The notes: generated by a model from the sequence alone, not told the origin. A DNA stretch of 64,000 nt from an uncultured Oscillospiraceae bacterium (GCA_947631595.1 CANRLZ010000004.1:6985-70984), one strand, 5' to 3'. Counted from the stretch's first letter, positions 43,386 through 52,826 are shown. Made by a program: numbers and translations.

Positions 43386-44171
43386 ATGCTGAAGATCGAA
43401 CACCTCTCCAAGACCTTCAACCCCGGCACGGTGAACGAGAAGACCGCCATCCACGACCTGAACCTCCACCTGCTTCCGGGGGATTTCGTCACCATCATCG
43501 GCTCCAACGGCGCGGGCAAGTCCACCCTCTTCAACGCCATCGCCGGGGACTTTATGGCGGACACCGGCTCCATCACCCTGGACGGCCGCGACATCACCTT
43601 CGTCCCCTCCCACAAGCGCTCCAAGAACATCGGGCGGCTGTTCCAGGATCCCATGCGGGGTTCCGCCCCCCACATGACCATCGAGGAGAACCTGTCTATG
43701 GCCTCCGGCCGGGGCGGTTGGCTCAGCCACATCACCCGGGCGGACCGGGCGGTCTTCCGGGAGCGGCTGGCCCTGCTGGGTATGGGGCTGGAGGATCGGA
43801 TGCGCCAGCCGGTGGGGCTGCTCTCCGGCGGACAGCGCCAGGCCCTCACCCTGCTCATGGCCACCTTCTGCCCGCCCAAGCTCCTGATGCTGGACGAGCA
43901 CACCGCGGCCCTGGACCCGGCCACGGCGGAAAAGGTGCTGGAGATCACCAAAAACACGGTGGAGCAATACCACATCACCACCCTCATGGTGACCCACAAT
44001 ATGCACCAGGCCCTGGAGCTGGGCAACCGCACGCTGATGATGGACGGCGGGAACATCGTGCTGGACGTGTCCGGCGAGACCCGGGCCAAGATGACCGTCT
44101 CCGACCTGCTGGCCCAGTTCCGCCTGGGTTCGGGCAAGGATCTGGACAACGACCGCATCCTTCTGTCCTGA
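43386..44171 (+). CDS. ABC transporter ATP-binding protein
   Basis: 261 aa with Walker A (GSNGAGKST), signature (LSGGQRQ) and Walker B (LLMLDEHTAALD). Confidence 0.9.
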   Translation: MLKIEHLSKTFNPGTVNEKTAIHDLNLHLLPGDFVTIIGSNGAGKSTLFNAIAGDFMADTGSITLDGRDITFVPSHKRSKNIGRLFQDPMRGSAPHMTIEENLSMASGRGGWLSHITRADRAVFRERLALLGMGLEDRMRQPVGLLSGGQRQALTLLMATFCPPKLLMLDEHTAALDPATAEKVLEITKNTVEQYHITTLMVTHNMHQALELGNRTLMMDGGNIVLDVSGETRAKMTVSDLLAQFRLGSGKDLDNDRILLS

Positions 44172-44195
44172 TGGAAATTTTTCCTCGCAACCTTC

Positions 44196-44229
44196 GCCGG
44201 ATGGCGGCCAATGCCGCCATCCGGCTTTT
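44196..44229 (+). terminator. Terminator after the ABC operon
   Basis: 13-bp perfect stem gccggatggcggc/gccgccatccggc with loop caat, followed by tttt. Confidence 0.8.
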
Positions 44230-44231
44230 GC

Positions 44232-44260
44232 TTGACATCTCCTTTTCACAGGACTAGAAT
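44232..44260 (+). promoter_or_regulatory. Promoter of the MMPL/GLUG operon
   Basis: TTGACA (44232-44237), 17-nt spacer, TAGAAT (44255-44260), immediately after the terminator. Confidence 0.6.
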
Positions 44261-44318
44261 ACCCTTGAATGACTTCCCCACCTGGGGCAAAAGCTTGGGG
44301 AAAGGATGTGGCGCACAG

Positions 44319-46823
44319 ATGAATGAGGCGGAAAAAAGCGGCGGCGGGAAGAACCCCATGGAAAAACTCGCCACCTTTATCGTGGACAAACGCAAGGCCT
44401 TTTATCTGCTCTACATAGGCCTCGCCATCTTCTGCGTGTTCGCCAGCGGCTGGGTGCGGGTGAACAACGACCTGACCAGCTACCTCCCTGCCGACACCGA
44501 GACCAGGCAGGGCCTGACGAAGATGGACGAGGAGTTTGTCACCTTCGGCACCAACCGGATCATGGTGGACAACATCTCCTACGCCCAGGCGGAGGATCTG
44601 GCCACACAGCTGGAGCGGCTGGATGGGGTCAAGTCGGTGGAGTTTGACGAAACCGCCGACCACTACCAGACCGGCGCGGCGCTCTTCTCCATCACCTACG
44701 ACGGCACGGCGGAGGATCCGGTGAGCCTGGACGCGTTGGAACAGGTAAAGGAGACCCTAGGCGGCTACGACCTCTACGTCACCGGGGACACCGGCGCCTC
44801 CGATTCCGCCAGCCTGGACGCGGAGATGCAGGTGGTCATGGTGGTGGCGGTGGTCATCATTTTGCTGGTGCTGCTGTTCACCTCCCAGACCTATATGGAG
44901 ATCCCCGTGATGGTGCTCACCTTCGGCCTGGCCGCCCTGCTCAACAAGGGCACCAACTTTTTGCTGGGGGAGATCTCCTTCGTGTCCAACTCGGTGGCGG
45001 TGGTGCTCCAACTGGCCCTGGCCATCGACTACGCCATCATCCTCTGCCACCGCTACACCGAGGAGCGGGTGCGCCTGGACGCCCGGGAGGCGGTGATCAC
45101 CGCGCTGAGCAAGGCCATCCCGGAGATCGCGGGAAGCTCGCTCACCACCCTCTCCGGCCTGGGCGCCATGTGCTTTATGCAGTTCGGCATCGGTAAAGAT
45201 CTGGGCTTTGTGCTGATGAAGGCCATCATTTTGAGCCTGCTGTCGGTCTTTACCTTCATGCCCGGGCTGCTCATGAGCTTCAGTCCCCTCATCGACCGCA
45301 CCCACCACCGCAGCTTTGTCCCCAAGATCACCCTCTGGGGCAAGCTGGTGCTGAAGCTGCGGTTCGTGCTGCCGCCCATCTTTTTGGCGGTGCTGGTGGG
45401 CGCTTTCTTCTGCTCCAACCGCTGCCCCTACGCCTACGGCGAGACGGGGCTGTCCACCTTCAGCAAGAATGACAGCCAGATCGCCCAGGAGAAGGTGGAC
45501 GGCGCCTTTGGCGCGCAGAATACCCTGGCCATGCTGGTGCCCACCGGGGACTACGACAAGGAGGGCAAGCTCCTCCGGGACCTGGAGGCCCTGCCACAGG
45601 TGGAGTCGGTGCTGGGCCTGGCCAACGTGGAGGCCAAGGACGGCTACGTCCTCACCGACCGGCTCACCCCCCGGCAGTTCGCCGAGATGGCCGACCTGGA
45701 CATCGAGGCCGCCCGGCTGCTCTACTCCGCCTACGCCGTGAACCAGGAGACCTACGGACAGCTGGTCTCCGGGGTGGACAGTTACAGCGTGCCTCTCATC
45801 GATATGTTCCTCTTCCTCCACGACCAGATGGAGGAGGGCTATGTCACCCTGGACGAGGACCTGTCCGCCGAGATCGACGACCTCTACGTCCAGCTCTCCG
45901 ACGCCAAGCTCCAGCTCCAGGGGGAGACGTACAGCCGCCTGGTCCTCCAGCTGGCCGTGCCGGAGGAGGGGGAGGAGACCTTCGCGCTTCTGGATACCCT
46001 CCACCAGATGGCGGGGCGGTACTACGACGACTACCTCCTGGTGGGCAACTCCACCAGCGACTACGACCTGTCCTCCTCCTTCGTCAACGACAACCTGCTC
46101 ATCAGCATCCTCACCATCGTCTTCGTGGTTCTGGTACTCATGTTCACCTTCCAGTCCGCCGGGCTTCCGGTGCTGCTCATTCTGGTCATCCAGGGGAGCG
46201 TGTGGATCAACTTCTCCTTCCCCTTCCTCCAGAACGACCCGCTGTTCTTCCTCAGCTACTTAGTGGTCAGCTCCATCCAGATGGGCGCCAACATCGACTA
46301 CGCCATCGTCATCGCCTCCCGGTACAGCGAGCTGAAGAAGGTCATGCCCCTGAAGGACGCGGTGGTGGAGTCCCTCAACGAGGCGTTTCCCACCATCGTC
46401 ACCTCCGGCACCATCCTGGCCTCCGCGGGCATTTTGATCGGCTTCCTCTCCTCCAGCCCCGCCATCGCCTCCATCGGCGTGTGTCTGGGGCGCGGCACCA
46501 TCATCTCCATCTTCCTTGTCATGTGCGTCCTGCCGCAGCTGTTGCTGCTGGGGGATGTCATCATTGAAAAGACCGCCTTCACCTTGAAGACCCGCCTGCC
46601 CATCCAGGCCGTGTCCGGCACCACCCGCCTCAACGGGCACATCAGCGGCTACGTCTCCGGCATCGTGGACGCCGACTTCAACGGCACCGTCATCGGCTCG
46701 GTGAACGCCGCGGTGGTGTCCGGCAAACCGCGGTGGGGTTCGGAGGCGCCGCCTCCCGGGGCGGAGGAACTTCCCACGGCGGACGGAAAGGAGGGCGCGG
46801 GCGATGAAGCGGAAACTCTGTAA
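44319..46823 (+). CDS. MMPL/RND-superfamily transporter (two 6-TM halves)
   Basis: Two copies of the MMPL-type motif after TM bundles: IDYAIILCHRYTEER and IDYAIVIASRYSELKK. Large extracytoplasmic loops. The start is uncertain: ATG at 44319 is preferred, with 44358 as the alternative. Confidence 0.8.
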   Translation: MNEAEKSGGGKNPMEKLATFIVDKRKAFYLLYIGLAIFCVFASGWVRVNNDLTSYLPADTETRQGLTKMDEEFVTFGTNRIMVDNISYAQAEDLATQLERLDGVKSVEFDETADHYQTGAALFSITYDGTAEDPVSLDALEQVKETLGGYDLYVTGDTGASDSASLDAEMQVVMVVAVVIILLVLLFTSQTYMEIPVMVLTFGLAALLNKGTNFLLGEISFVSNSVAVVLQLALAIDYAIILCHRYTEERVRLDAREAVITALSKAIPEIAGSSLTTLSGLGAMCFMQFGIGKDLGFVLMKAIILSLLSVFTFMPGLLMSFSPLIDRTHHRSFVPKITLWGKLVLKLRFVLPPIFLAVLVGAFFCSNRCPYAYGETGLSTFSKNDSQIAQEKVDGAFGAQNTLAMLVPTGDYDKEGKLLRDLEALPQVESVLGLANVEAKDGYVLTDRLTPRQFAEMADLDIEAARLLYSAYAVNQETYGQLVSGVDSYSVPLIDMFLFLHDQMEEGYVTLDEDLSAEIDDLYVQLSDAKLQLQGETYSRLVLQLAVPEEGEETFALLDTLHQMAGRYYDDYLLVGNSTSDYDLSSSFVNDNLLISILTIVFVVLVLMFTFQSAGLPVLLILVIQGSVWINFSFPFLQNDPLFFLSYLVVSSIQMGANIDYAIVIASRYSELKKVMPLKDAVVESLNEAFPTIVTSGTILASAGILIGFLSSSPAIASIGVCLGRGTIISIFLVMCVLPQLLLLGDVIIEKTAFTLKTRLPIQAVSGTTRLNGHISGYVSGIVDADFNGTVIGSVNAAVVSGKPRWGSEAPPPGAEELPTADGKEGAGDEAETL

Positions 46824-49800
46824 ACTCCAGGCCCTCCTGCTGGCCCTCTGGATGCTGGCGGGGGCGCTGCCCCTCCCCGCTCTGGCGGCGGAAGAGACGG
46901 GCCAGACCATAGAGATCTCCACCCCGGAGGACTTGATGGACTTTGCCCGCAACTGCGCCCTGGACGCCTGGTCTCAGGGCAAGACCTTCGCCCTCACCGG
47001 CGACATTGATTTGACCGGCCGGGCGTTCTCCCCTGTTCCGACCTTCGGCGGTACCTTCCTGGGGCAGGGGCACGCCATCACCGGCCTGCGAATTACCGCC
47101 GACGGCTCCCGTATGGGCCTCTTCCGCTCTGTCCAGGCCGGGGCGGTGATCCGGAATCTCTCCGTCTCCGGCCAGGTAACCCCTGGCGGCAGCGCCGGGA
47201 CGGTGGGTGGTCTGGTGGGGAGCAACGCCGGGTCCCTGGAGAACTGCGCCTTTCACGGCGCGGTGGCCGGGGAGACCGCCGTGGGCGGTCTGGTGGGGGA
47301 AAACCTGACCTCCGGCGAGATCGGCGGCGGCGAAGTCTCCGGCACCGTCTCCGGGGAGACCTGCACCGGCGGGATCGCCGGGCGGAACCAGGGCGTCCTG
47401 CTCAAATGCCGGAGCGACGCCGAGGTGAACACCTCCGCCCCCAGCACCAAAGCAGCGGTGACCGGGAGCGCCCTGGAGCAGATCGCCTCCCCCGACACCT
47501 CCGGCGAGGGAGAGGGTCTCTTCTCCAACCACTCGGACACCGGCGGCATCGCCGGGTACTCCAACGGCGTCATCCAGAGCTGCGTCAACGACGGCGCGGT
47601 GGGCTACCCCCACGTGGGCTATAACGTGGGCGGCATCGCCGGCCGCCAGGCGGGATACCTGGCCGACTGCACCAACCGCGCGGCCATCTACGGGCGCAAG
47701 GACGTGGGCGGCATCGTGGGCCAGGCGGAGCCGGACGTGGTGCTCAACGCCGGAACGGACACCCTGACCCAGCTGCGCCAGGAGCTGAACACCCTGAACA
47801 CCCTGGTGGATCGGGCGCTGGACCACGCCGGGTCCAACCGGGCGCAGCTCTCCCAGCGCCTGGCCGACCTGGGCCAGACCGCCGGAGACGCCCGGGACCA
47901 CACCAAGGCCCTGCTGGATCAGGCATCCGACAATGTGGACACGGATGTGGACGCCATCAACACCCTCTCCACCGCCCTCACCGCCGCGCTGGACGGCCTC
48001 TCCCCCGCCCTGGACAGCCTGTCCGACGCCTCCGGCAAGCTGGAGACGCTGGGCGGCCAGCTCCGGGATGGGTTAGATCGCCTGGCCGACGTCGGCTCTC
48101 AGACCGGCGACGCTCTCACCCAATTGGGAGACGCCTCCGACACCCTGGGGCAGTTGGGCGCCTCTCTGGGCAATGCCGCCCGATCCCTTCGGCAGGCGGC
48201 TAAGGAGCTGCAAGACGCCCTCATCCTCCACGACCAGACAGCTGCCCGGGCCGCGGCGCGGCGGCTGTTCGCCGCCCTTCGGGACCTGGGGGCGAGTATG
48301 CGGGGCGCCCGCTCCGCCCTGGATGCTCTGGAACGGGCGCTGAACGCCGGACAGCTCTCCGGCATCCCCGACGCCATCCAGGCGGTGCAGGGCATCCGCA
48401 CCGCCCTGGGAAGCGCCGGGGACGCCCTGGACCAGGCGGGGCTGGCGCTGGACACCATCCTGGACAACATAAATTTGGACTGGGACGCCCTCCGCGCCGG
48501 GCTGGACGACGCGGGGATCGCCCTGGACGACCTCACCCAGGCGGCCGGTGACCTGACCGCCGCCACCGGCGCGCTGAAGAACGCCCTCTCCTCCGCCGAG
48601 GACGCTGCCCAGACCTTGGGAAATTCCGCCGACAGCTTCTCCGCCGCGGCGGACACCGGCGCGGACGCCGCCGCCGACCTCCGCGCCGCCTTTGACACCT
48701 TGAAGACAGTTACCCAGCAGCTATCCCGGGACGGGAACGTCCAGCTCACCCCTCTGGGCCAGGACACCCAGGAGGAGAGCAACGCCCTCTACACCTCTCT
48801 GACCGACCTCTCCCAAAACCTCACCGACCTGCGCTCCACCGTGGACAACGCCGGGGCCACGCTGGAGAGCGACCTCCGGGCCATCAACCGGCAGATGAAC
48901 AAGGTGCTGGGGCTGATGATCGACACCCTGGACAGCGCCGGGACGGTGGAGACCACGGAGGACCTTTTTGGCGACGTCTCCGAGGAGGACGTGAACGGCA
49001 CCCGGCTGGGCAAGGTGCGCGGCGGCGTAAACACCGGCCCGGTGGAGGGCGACCGCAACGTGGGCGGCGTGGCCGGCGCGGTGGCGGTGGAGTACAGCCT
49101 GGATCCGGAGGACGACGTGGAGCGTTTCCGCTTTGGCAGCACCTATGAGTTGAAGGCCATCGTCCAGGACTGCGTGAACCGGGGCGCGGTGGAAGCCCGC
49201 CGGGACTGCGTGGGCGGCCTGGTAGGCCGGATGGATCTGGGCACCGCCATCGGGTGCCAAAACTACGGCCCGGTCACCGGCAGCGACAGCTATGTGGGCG
49301 GCGTGGCCGGGTACGCCGACGCCGCCGTCCGGGGCTGCTGGGCCAAGTGCGCCCTGTCCGGGACGGAGTACGTGGGCGGCATCGTCGGCTGGGGCAATAG
49401 AATCACCGGCTGCCGGGCCATCCCCTCCCTGGATGGCGGCACGGAATACCTGGGCAGCATCGCCGGAGACGCCGACCTGGAGGCCGGAGAAGTGCGTGAC
49501 AACCTCTTTCTGGACACCGGCACGGCGGGGATCGACGGGGTGAGCTACACCGGGGTCGCCCAGAGCGCTCCCCCCGACGCCCTCCAGGGGGAGGAAAGCG
49601 CCCCGGCGGACTTCTGCTCCTTTGCCATCACCCTTACGGTGGACGGCGAGACGGTGCAGACCATCCCTTTCCAGTACGGAGATGATCTAAGTACCATCGA
49701 CCTGCCCCAGCCCCCGGAACGGGAGGGGTACTACGGGATGTGGCCCGATTTTGACCCCCAGGGCGTCCACTCCGACCTCACCCTGGAAGCCGTCTACACC

Positions 49801-50250
49801 CCCTGGGTCACCCTGGTGGCCAGCCAGGAGGCGGAGGGGGATCTGGCCCTTGCCCTGGCGGAGGGGCAGTTCACCCAGGACGCCCGCCTCACCGTCCAGC
49901 CCGCCCAGGGGGAGGTCCCCGCCGGCGAGGCGGACGGTCAGGTCTGGGAGGTGACCCTCACGGGCGCCGATCTGGATGGCTCCGCCACCGTCCCGGTGCG
50001 CCTGCTGAACCAGCAGGGCAAGCGGGCGGCGGTGTGGCAGCTGGTGGACGGCGCCTGGCAGCGGCGGGAGGCCACGGTGAACGGCAGCTACCTCTGCCTG
50101 ACCATGACCGGGACCTCCGGGGTCTTCCGGGTGGCCCCCGCGCCCATGGGGCGCCTCCTCCCTGTCCTACTGGCGGCGGCCGCGCTGCTGATCGCCCTGC
50201 TCCTTGTGGTACGCGGCGCGAAAAAAAGGAGGAAAAAAAGAGCGCGATAA
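46804..50250 (+). CDS. 1148-aa surface protein: signal peptide, GLUG-motif repeats, ~350-aa YhgE/Pip-like helical repeat region, more GLUG repeats, beta-rich region, C-terminal TM anchor with KKRRKKRAR tail
   Basis: AAGGAGGG RBS 8 nt upstream of the ATG, which lies 20 nt inside the end of the MMPL gene. Repeated GG(I/L)(A/V)G motifs (VGGLVG, TGGIAG, VGGIAG, VGGVAG). The central region has LxxG-type repeats (LDGLSPALDSLSDASGKLETLGGQLRDGLDRLADVGSQTGDALTQLGDASDTLGQLG). C-terminal anchor LLPVLLAAAALLIALLLVV. Confidence 0.8.
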   Translation: MKRKLCKLQALLLALWMLAGALPLPALAAEETGQTIEISTPEDLMDFARNCALDAWSQGKTFALTGDIDLTGRAFSPVPTFGGTFLGQGHAITGLRITADGSRMGLFRSVQAGAVIRNLSVSGQVTPGGSAGTVGGLVGSNAGSLENCAFHGAVAGETAVGGLVGENLTSGEIGGGEVSGTVSGETCTGGIAGRNQGVLLKCRSDAEVNTSAPSTKAAVTGSALEQIASPDTSGEGEGLFSNHSDTGGIAGYSNGVIQSCVNDGAVGYPHVGYNVGGIAGRQAGYLADCTNRAAIYGRKDVGGIVGQAEPDVVLNAGTDTLTQLRQELNTLNTLVDRALDHAGSNRAQLSQRLADLGQTAGDARDHTKALLDQASDNVDTDVDAINTLSTALTAALDGLSPALDSLSDASGKLETLGGQLRDGLDRLADVGSQTGDALTQLGDASDTLGQLGASLGNAARSLRQAAKELQDALILHDQTAARAAARRLFAALRDLGASMRGARSALDALERALNAGQLSGIPDAIQAVQGIRTALGSAGDALDQAGLALDTILDNINLDWDALRAGLDDAGIALDDLTQAAGDLTAATGALKNALSSAEDAAQTLGNSADSFSAAADTGADAAADLRAAFDTLKTVTQQLSRDGNVQLTPLGQDTQEESNALYTSLTDLSQNLTDLRSTVDNAGATLESDLRAINRQMNKVLGLMIDTLDSAGTVETTEDLFGDVSEEDVNGTRLGKVRGGVNTGPVEGDRNVGGVAGAVAVEYSLDPEDDVERFRFGSTYELKAIVQDCVNRGAVEARRDCVGGLVGRMDLGTAIGCQNYGPVTGSDSYVGGVAGYADAAVRGCWAKCALSGTEYVGGIVGWGNRITGCRAIPSLDGGTEYLGSIAGDADLEAGEVRDNLFLDTGTAGIDGVSYTGVAQSAPPDALQGEESAPADFCSFAITLTVDGETVQTIPFQYGDDLSTIDLPQPPEREGYYGMWPDFDPQGVHSDLTLEAVYTPWVTLVASQEAEGDLALALAEGQFTQDARLTVQPAQGEVPAGEADGQVWEVTLTGADLDGSATVPVRLLNQQGKRAAVWQLVDGAWQRREATVNGSYLCLTMTGTSGVFRVAPAPMGRLLPVLLAAAALLIALLLVVRGAKKRRKKRAR

Positions 50251-50251
50251 A

Positions 50252-50285
50252 CACAGCGGCCCAGGATAGCTCCTGGGCCGCTGTG
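50252..50285. terminator. Hairpin between convergent genes (likely bidirectional terminator)
   Basis: 15-bp stem cacagcggcccagga/tcctgggccgctgtg with loop tagc. T-rich flanks are weak on both strands. Confidence 0.55.
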
Positions 50286-50382
50286 CTGTGTTCGGGTCAA
50301 TGGCGGGTGATGGCGATGACGATGACAAGGACGACGGCGACCGACGCCAGTGGGAAAAGGATCGCGGTAAGCGCCACGGGGA

Positions 50383-51282
50383 CTACACCTCCTCCCGGAA
50401 CAGGCGGTTGAAATCCCGGGGCTTGCGGGAGCGCAGGGCCACGGTCTGGCCGGTGACGGGGTGGGTAAAGGTCAGGCGGTGGGCGTGGAGGCAGAGCCTG
50501 CCGATGGGGCTTTTTGCCCCGCCGTAGCGCCTATCCCCCACCACCGGGCAGCCCAGGTCCTTCAGGTGGACCCGGATCTGGTTTTTCCGGCCGGTCTGGA
50601 GGAACAGCTCCAGGAGGGTGTACGTCCCGTTGGTCTTGCGCACCTGGTACTCGGTGATGGCCTCCTTGGCGTCCGGCCCAGGGCGGTCGGTGGAGTAGAC
50701 CAGGTGGGTCTTGGTCTCCCGGAGGTAGCTCCGGATCACCCCCTGGGCCTGGGGGGGACGGCCCTCCGCCACCGCCAGGTAGCCCCGCTCCTGCACCAGG
50801 GCCTCCCAGTTCTCCTGGAGGGCGTCTTTCACCCCCTCGCTCTTGGCGAAGAGGAGCAGGCCGGAGGTGTCCTGATCCAGGCGGTGGACCACGAAGAGAC
50901 GGCTGTCGGGTTCCCGGAGGCGCAGGGCGTCTCTCGTCATGCGCCAGGCGGTGCGCTCCCGCTCCCTGTCGCTGGCCACGGACAGGAGGCCGGCGGGCTT
51001 TTCGATGGCCAAGAGATATTCATCCTCATAGCAGATGGGAAAGGGCAGGTCGGCGGGAGCGGGGTCGTCCGGGGGCAGGATGGTCACCCGGCTGCCGGGG
51101 CGCAGGGGCGTGTCGTGGCGGGTGCAGACCGCCCCGTCCACCAGCACCTGCCGGTGGGTCAAAAGGCCCTTTACCGCGTTTCTCGACTTGCCGCGCACCG
51201 CCTCCAGCAGGAAGGGCAGCAGGGTGGTCTCCCCCTCCGCCGTCAGCTCCCGGCGGGGATAGGGGGTCTTGCGTCGCTCCAT
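50383..51282 (-). CDS. RluA-family pseudouridine synthase with N-terminal S4-like domain
   Basis: Trimmed to the ATG at 51282 (AAAGGAGG RBS). Catalytic motif HRLDQDTSGLLLFAK and C-terminal RLCLHAHRLTFTHP. Confidence 0.85.
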   Translation of the reverse strand: MERRKTPYPRRELTAEGETTLLPFLLEAVRGKSRNAVKGLLTHRQVLVDGAVCTRHDTPLRPGSRVTILPPDDPAPADLPFPICYEDEYLLAIEKPAGLLSVASDRERERTAWRMTRDALRLREPDSRLFVVHRLDQDTSGLLLFAKSEGVKDALQENWEALVQERGYLAVAEGRPPQAQGVIRSYLRETKTHLVYSTDRPGPDAKEAITEYQVRKTNGTYTLLELFLQTGRKNQIRVHLKDLGCPVVGDRRYGGAKSPIGRLCLHAHRLTFTHPVTGQTVALRSRKPRDFNRLFREEV

Positions 51283-51299
51283 GGCCAGCGCCTCCTTTC

Positions 51300-52826
51300 T
51301 CACAGCAGCGGGGCGAAGATCCGCAGCAGGCAGCGGAATACCCGAGTGGGCCAGCGGACCCTCTGGCAGTCGGCCAGGGTATAGGGTTGGCACCGCTCCA
51401 GCGTGGTCAGAAAATCCGATTTCACATCCTGCACCGCGGGGCTATCCAGGAGCAGCGCGCCGTTTTCAAAGTGGAGAAACAGGCTGCGGTAGTCCAGGTT
51501 CACCGACCCCACCGTGGCGAAGCGGTCGTCCACGGCGAAGGACTTGGCGTGGAGAAAGCCGGGGGTGTACTCGTAGATCTTCACGCCGCCGCGGATGAGG
51601 GGTTCGTAGTGCGCCCGAGTCAGGAGAAAGACGGTCTTCTTGTCCGGGATGTGGGGGGTCATGATGCGCACGTCCACCCCCGCCTTGGCCGCCGAGATGA
51701 GGGCGGTGTTCAGGTTCTCGTCGATGATGAGGTAGGGCGTCATGATGTAGATATAGTCCTGGGCCTTGCTGATGAGGTTGAGGTAGACGGTCTCGGCCAC
51801 CCGCTCGCTGTTCCAGGGGCAGTCGGTGTAGGGCTGGACCCAGCCGCTGTCCGGAAAGGTGGGGACGTCCTTGGGCCGGTAGGGTTCCAGGCTCTCCTGG
51901 CGCTTCTCGATAAAGCCCCAGAGGGTGAGGAACATCACCGCCATGGACCAGCACCCCGGCCCCTCCAGGCGGATGGCGCTGTCCTTCCAGTGGCCAAAGC
52001 GCACCTTTTGGTTGATATACTCATCGGCCAGGTTCACGCCGCCGGTGAAGGCGACCTTGCCGTCCACACAGCAGATCTTCCGGTGGTCCCGGTTGTTCAT
52101 CAGGGCGGACACCACCGGGATGAAACGGTTGAACGCCCGGCACTGGATGCCCCAGCCGGTGAGTTCCTGGTCGTAGTGGCTGGGCAGGGACACGCAGCCC
52201 AGGTCGTCGTAGATCACCCGCACGTCCACCCCTTGGCGGGCTTTCTCCTTCAGCACGTCCAGCACCGCGTCCCAGAAGACCCCTGGGGCGATAATGAAGA
52301 ACTCCAGGAAGATGTAGCGCTCCGCGCCGCGCAGGGCCTCCAGGAGGGGTTCCAGGCAGTCGTCGCCCAGGGCGTAGTAGGTGCATTTGGTATCCGGATA
52401 GGCCGGGCAGTAGCCGTAGCGCTCCAGATATTGGACCTGCCCGCCCGCCACCGGGCCAAGCTCCTGGGTGACCCAGTCGCTGTGGTAGTCGGGCGCCAGC
52501 GTCTCCTCCATGGCCCGCTCCATGTCCTGGAGGCGGCGGCGGTTGCCGGGGGTGAAGCGGTCGCGCCGGCTCAGGAGGTAGATCACCCCGCCGAAGACGG
52601 GGAAGGACAAGATCAGCACGATCCAGGCGATCTTATAGCCGTTGTTGGCCTCGCTGGAGATGATCCACACCACCGCCACCATAGACAGCAGCACCACCGC
52701 CCAGTAAAACGGAATGAAGTACTCGCTGAACCGCACCATCATCAGCACCAGGACGGCCAGTTGCAGCAGGATGCCCAGGGCGGTGAGGGGTACCCGGTGC
52801 AGGAGCAGGGAGCCTAGCTTTTTCAT
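51300..52826 (-). CDS. cls: Cardiolipin synthase
   Basis: 508 aa with two N-terminal TM helices and two HKD motifs (HRKICCVDGKVAFTGGVNLADEY, and HAKSFAVDDRFATVGSVNLD). The start overlaps the dnaE stop as ATGA. Confidence 0.9.
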   Translation of the reverse strand: MKKLGSLLLHRVPLTALGILLQLAVLVLMMVRFSEYFIPFYWAVVLLSMVAVVWIISSEANNGYKIAWIVLILSFPVFGGVIYLLSRRDRFTPGNRRRLQDMERAMEETLAPDYHSDWVTQELGPVAGGQVQYLERYGYCPAYPDTKCTYYALGDDCLEPLLEALRGAERYIFLEFFIIAPGVFWDAVLDVLKEKARQGVDVRVIYDDLGCVSLPSHYDQELTGWGIQCRAFNRFIPVVSALMNNRDHRKICCVDGKVAFTGGVNLADEYINQKVRFGHWKDSAIRLEGPGCWSMAVMFLTLWGFIEKRQESLEPYRPKDVPTFPDSGWVQPYTDCPWNSERVAETVYLNLISKAQDYIYIMTPYLIIDENLNTALISAAKAGVDVRIMTPHIPDKKTVFLLTRAHYEPLIRGGVKIYEYTPGFLHAKSFAVDDRFATVGSVNLDYRSLFLHFENGALLLDSPAVQDVKSDFLTTLERCQPYTLADCQRVRWPTRVFRCLLRIFAPLL

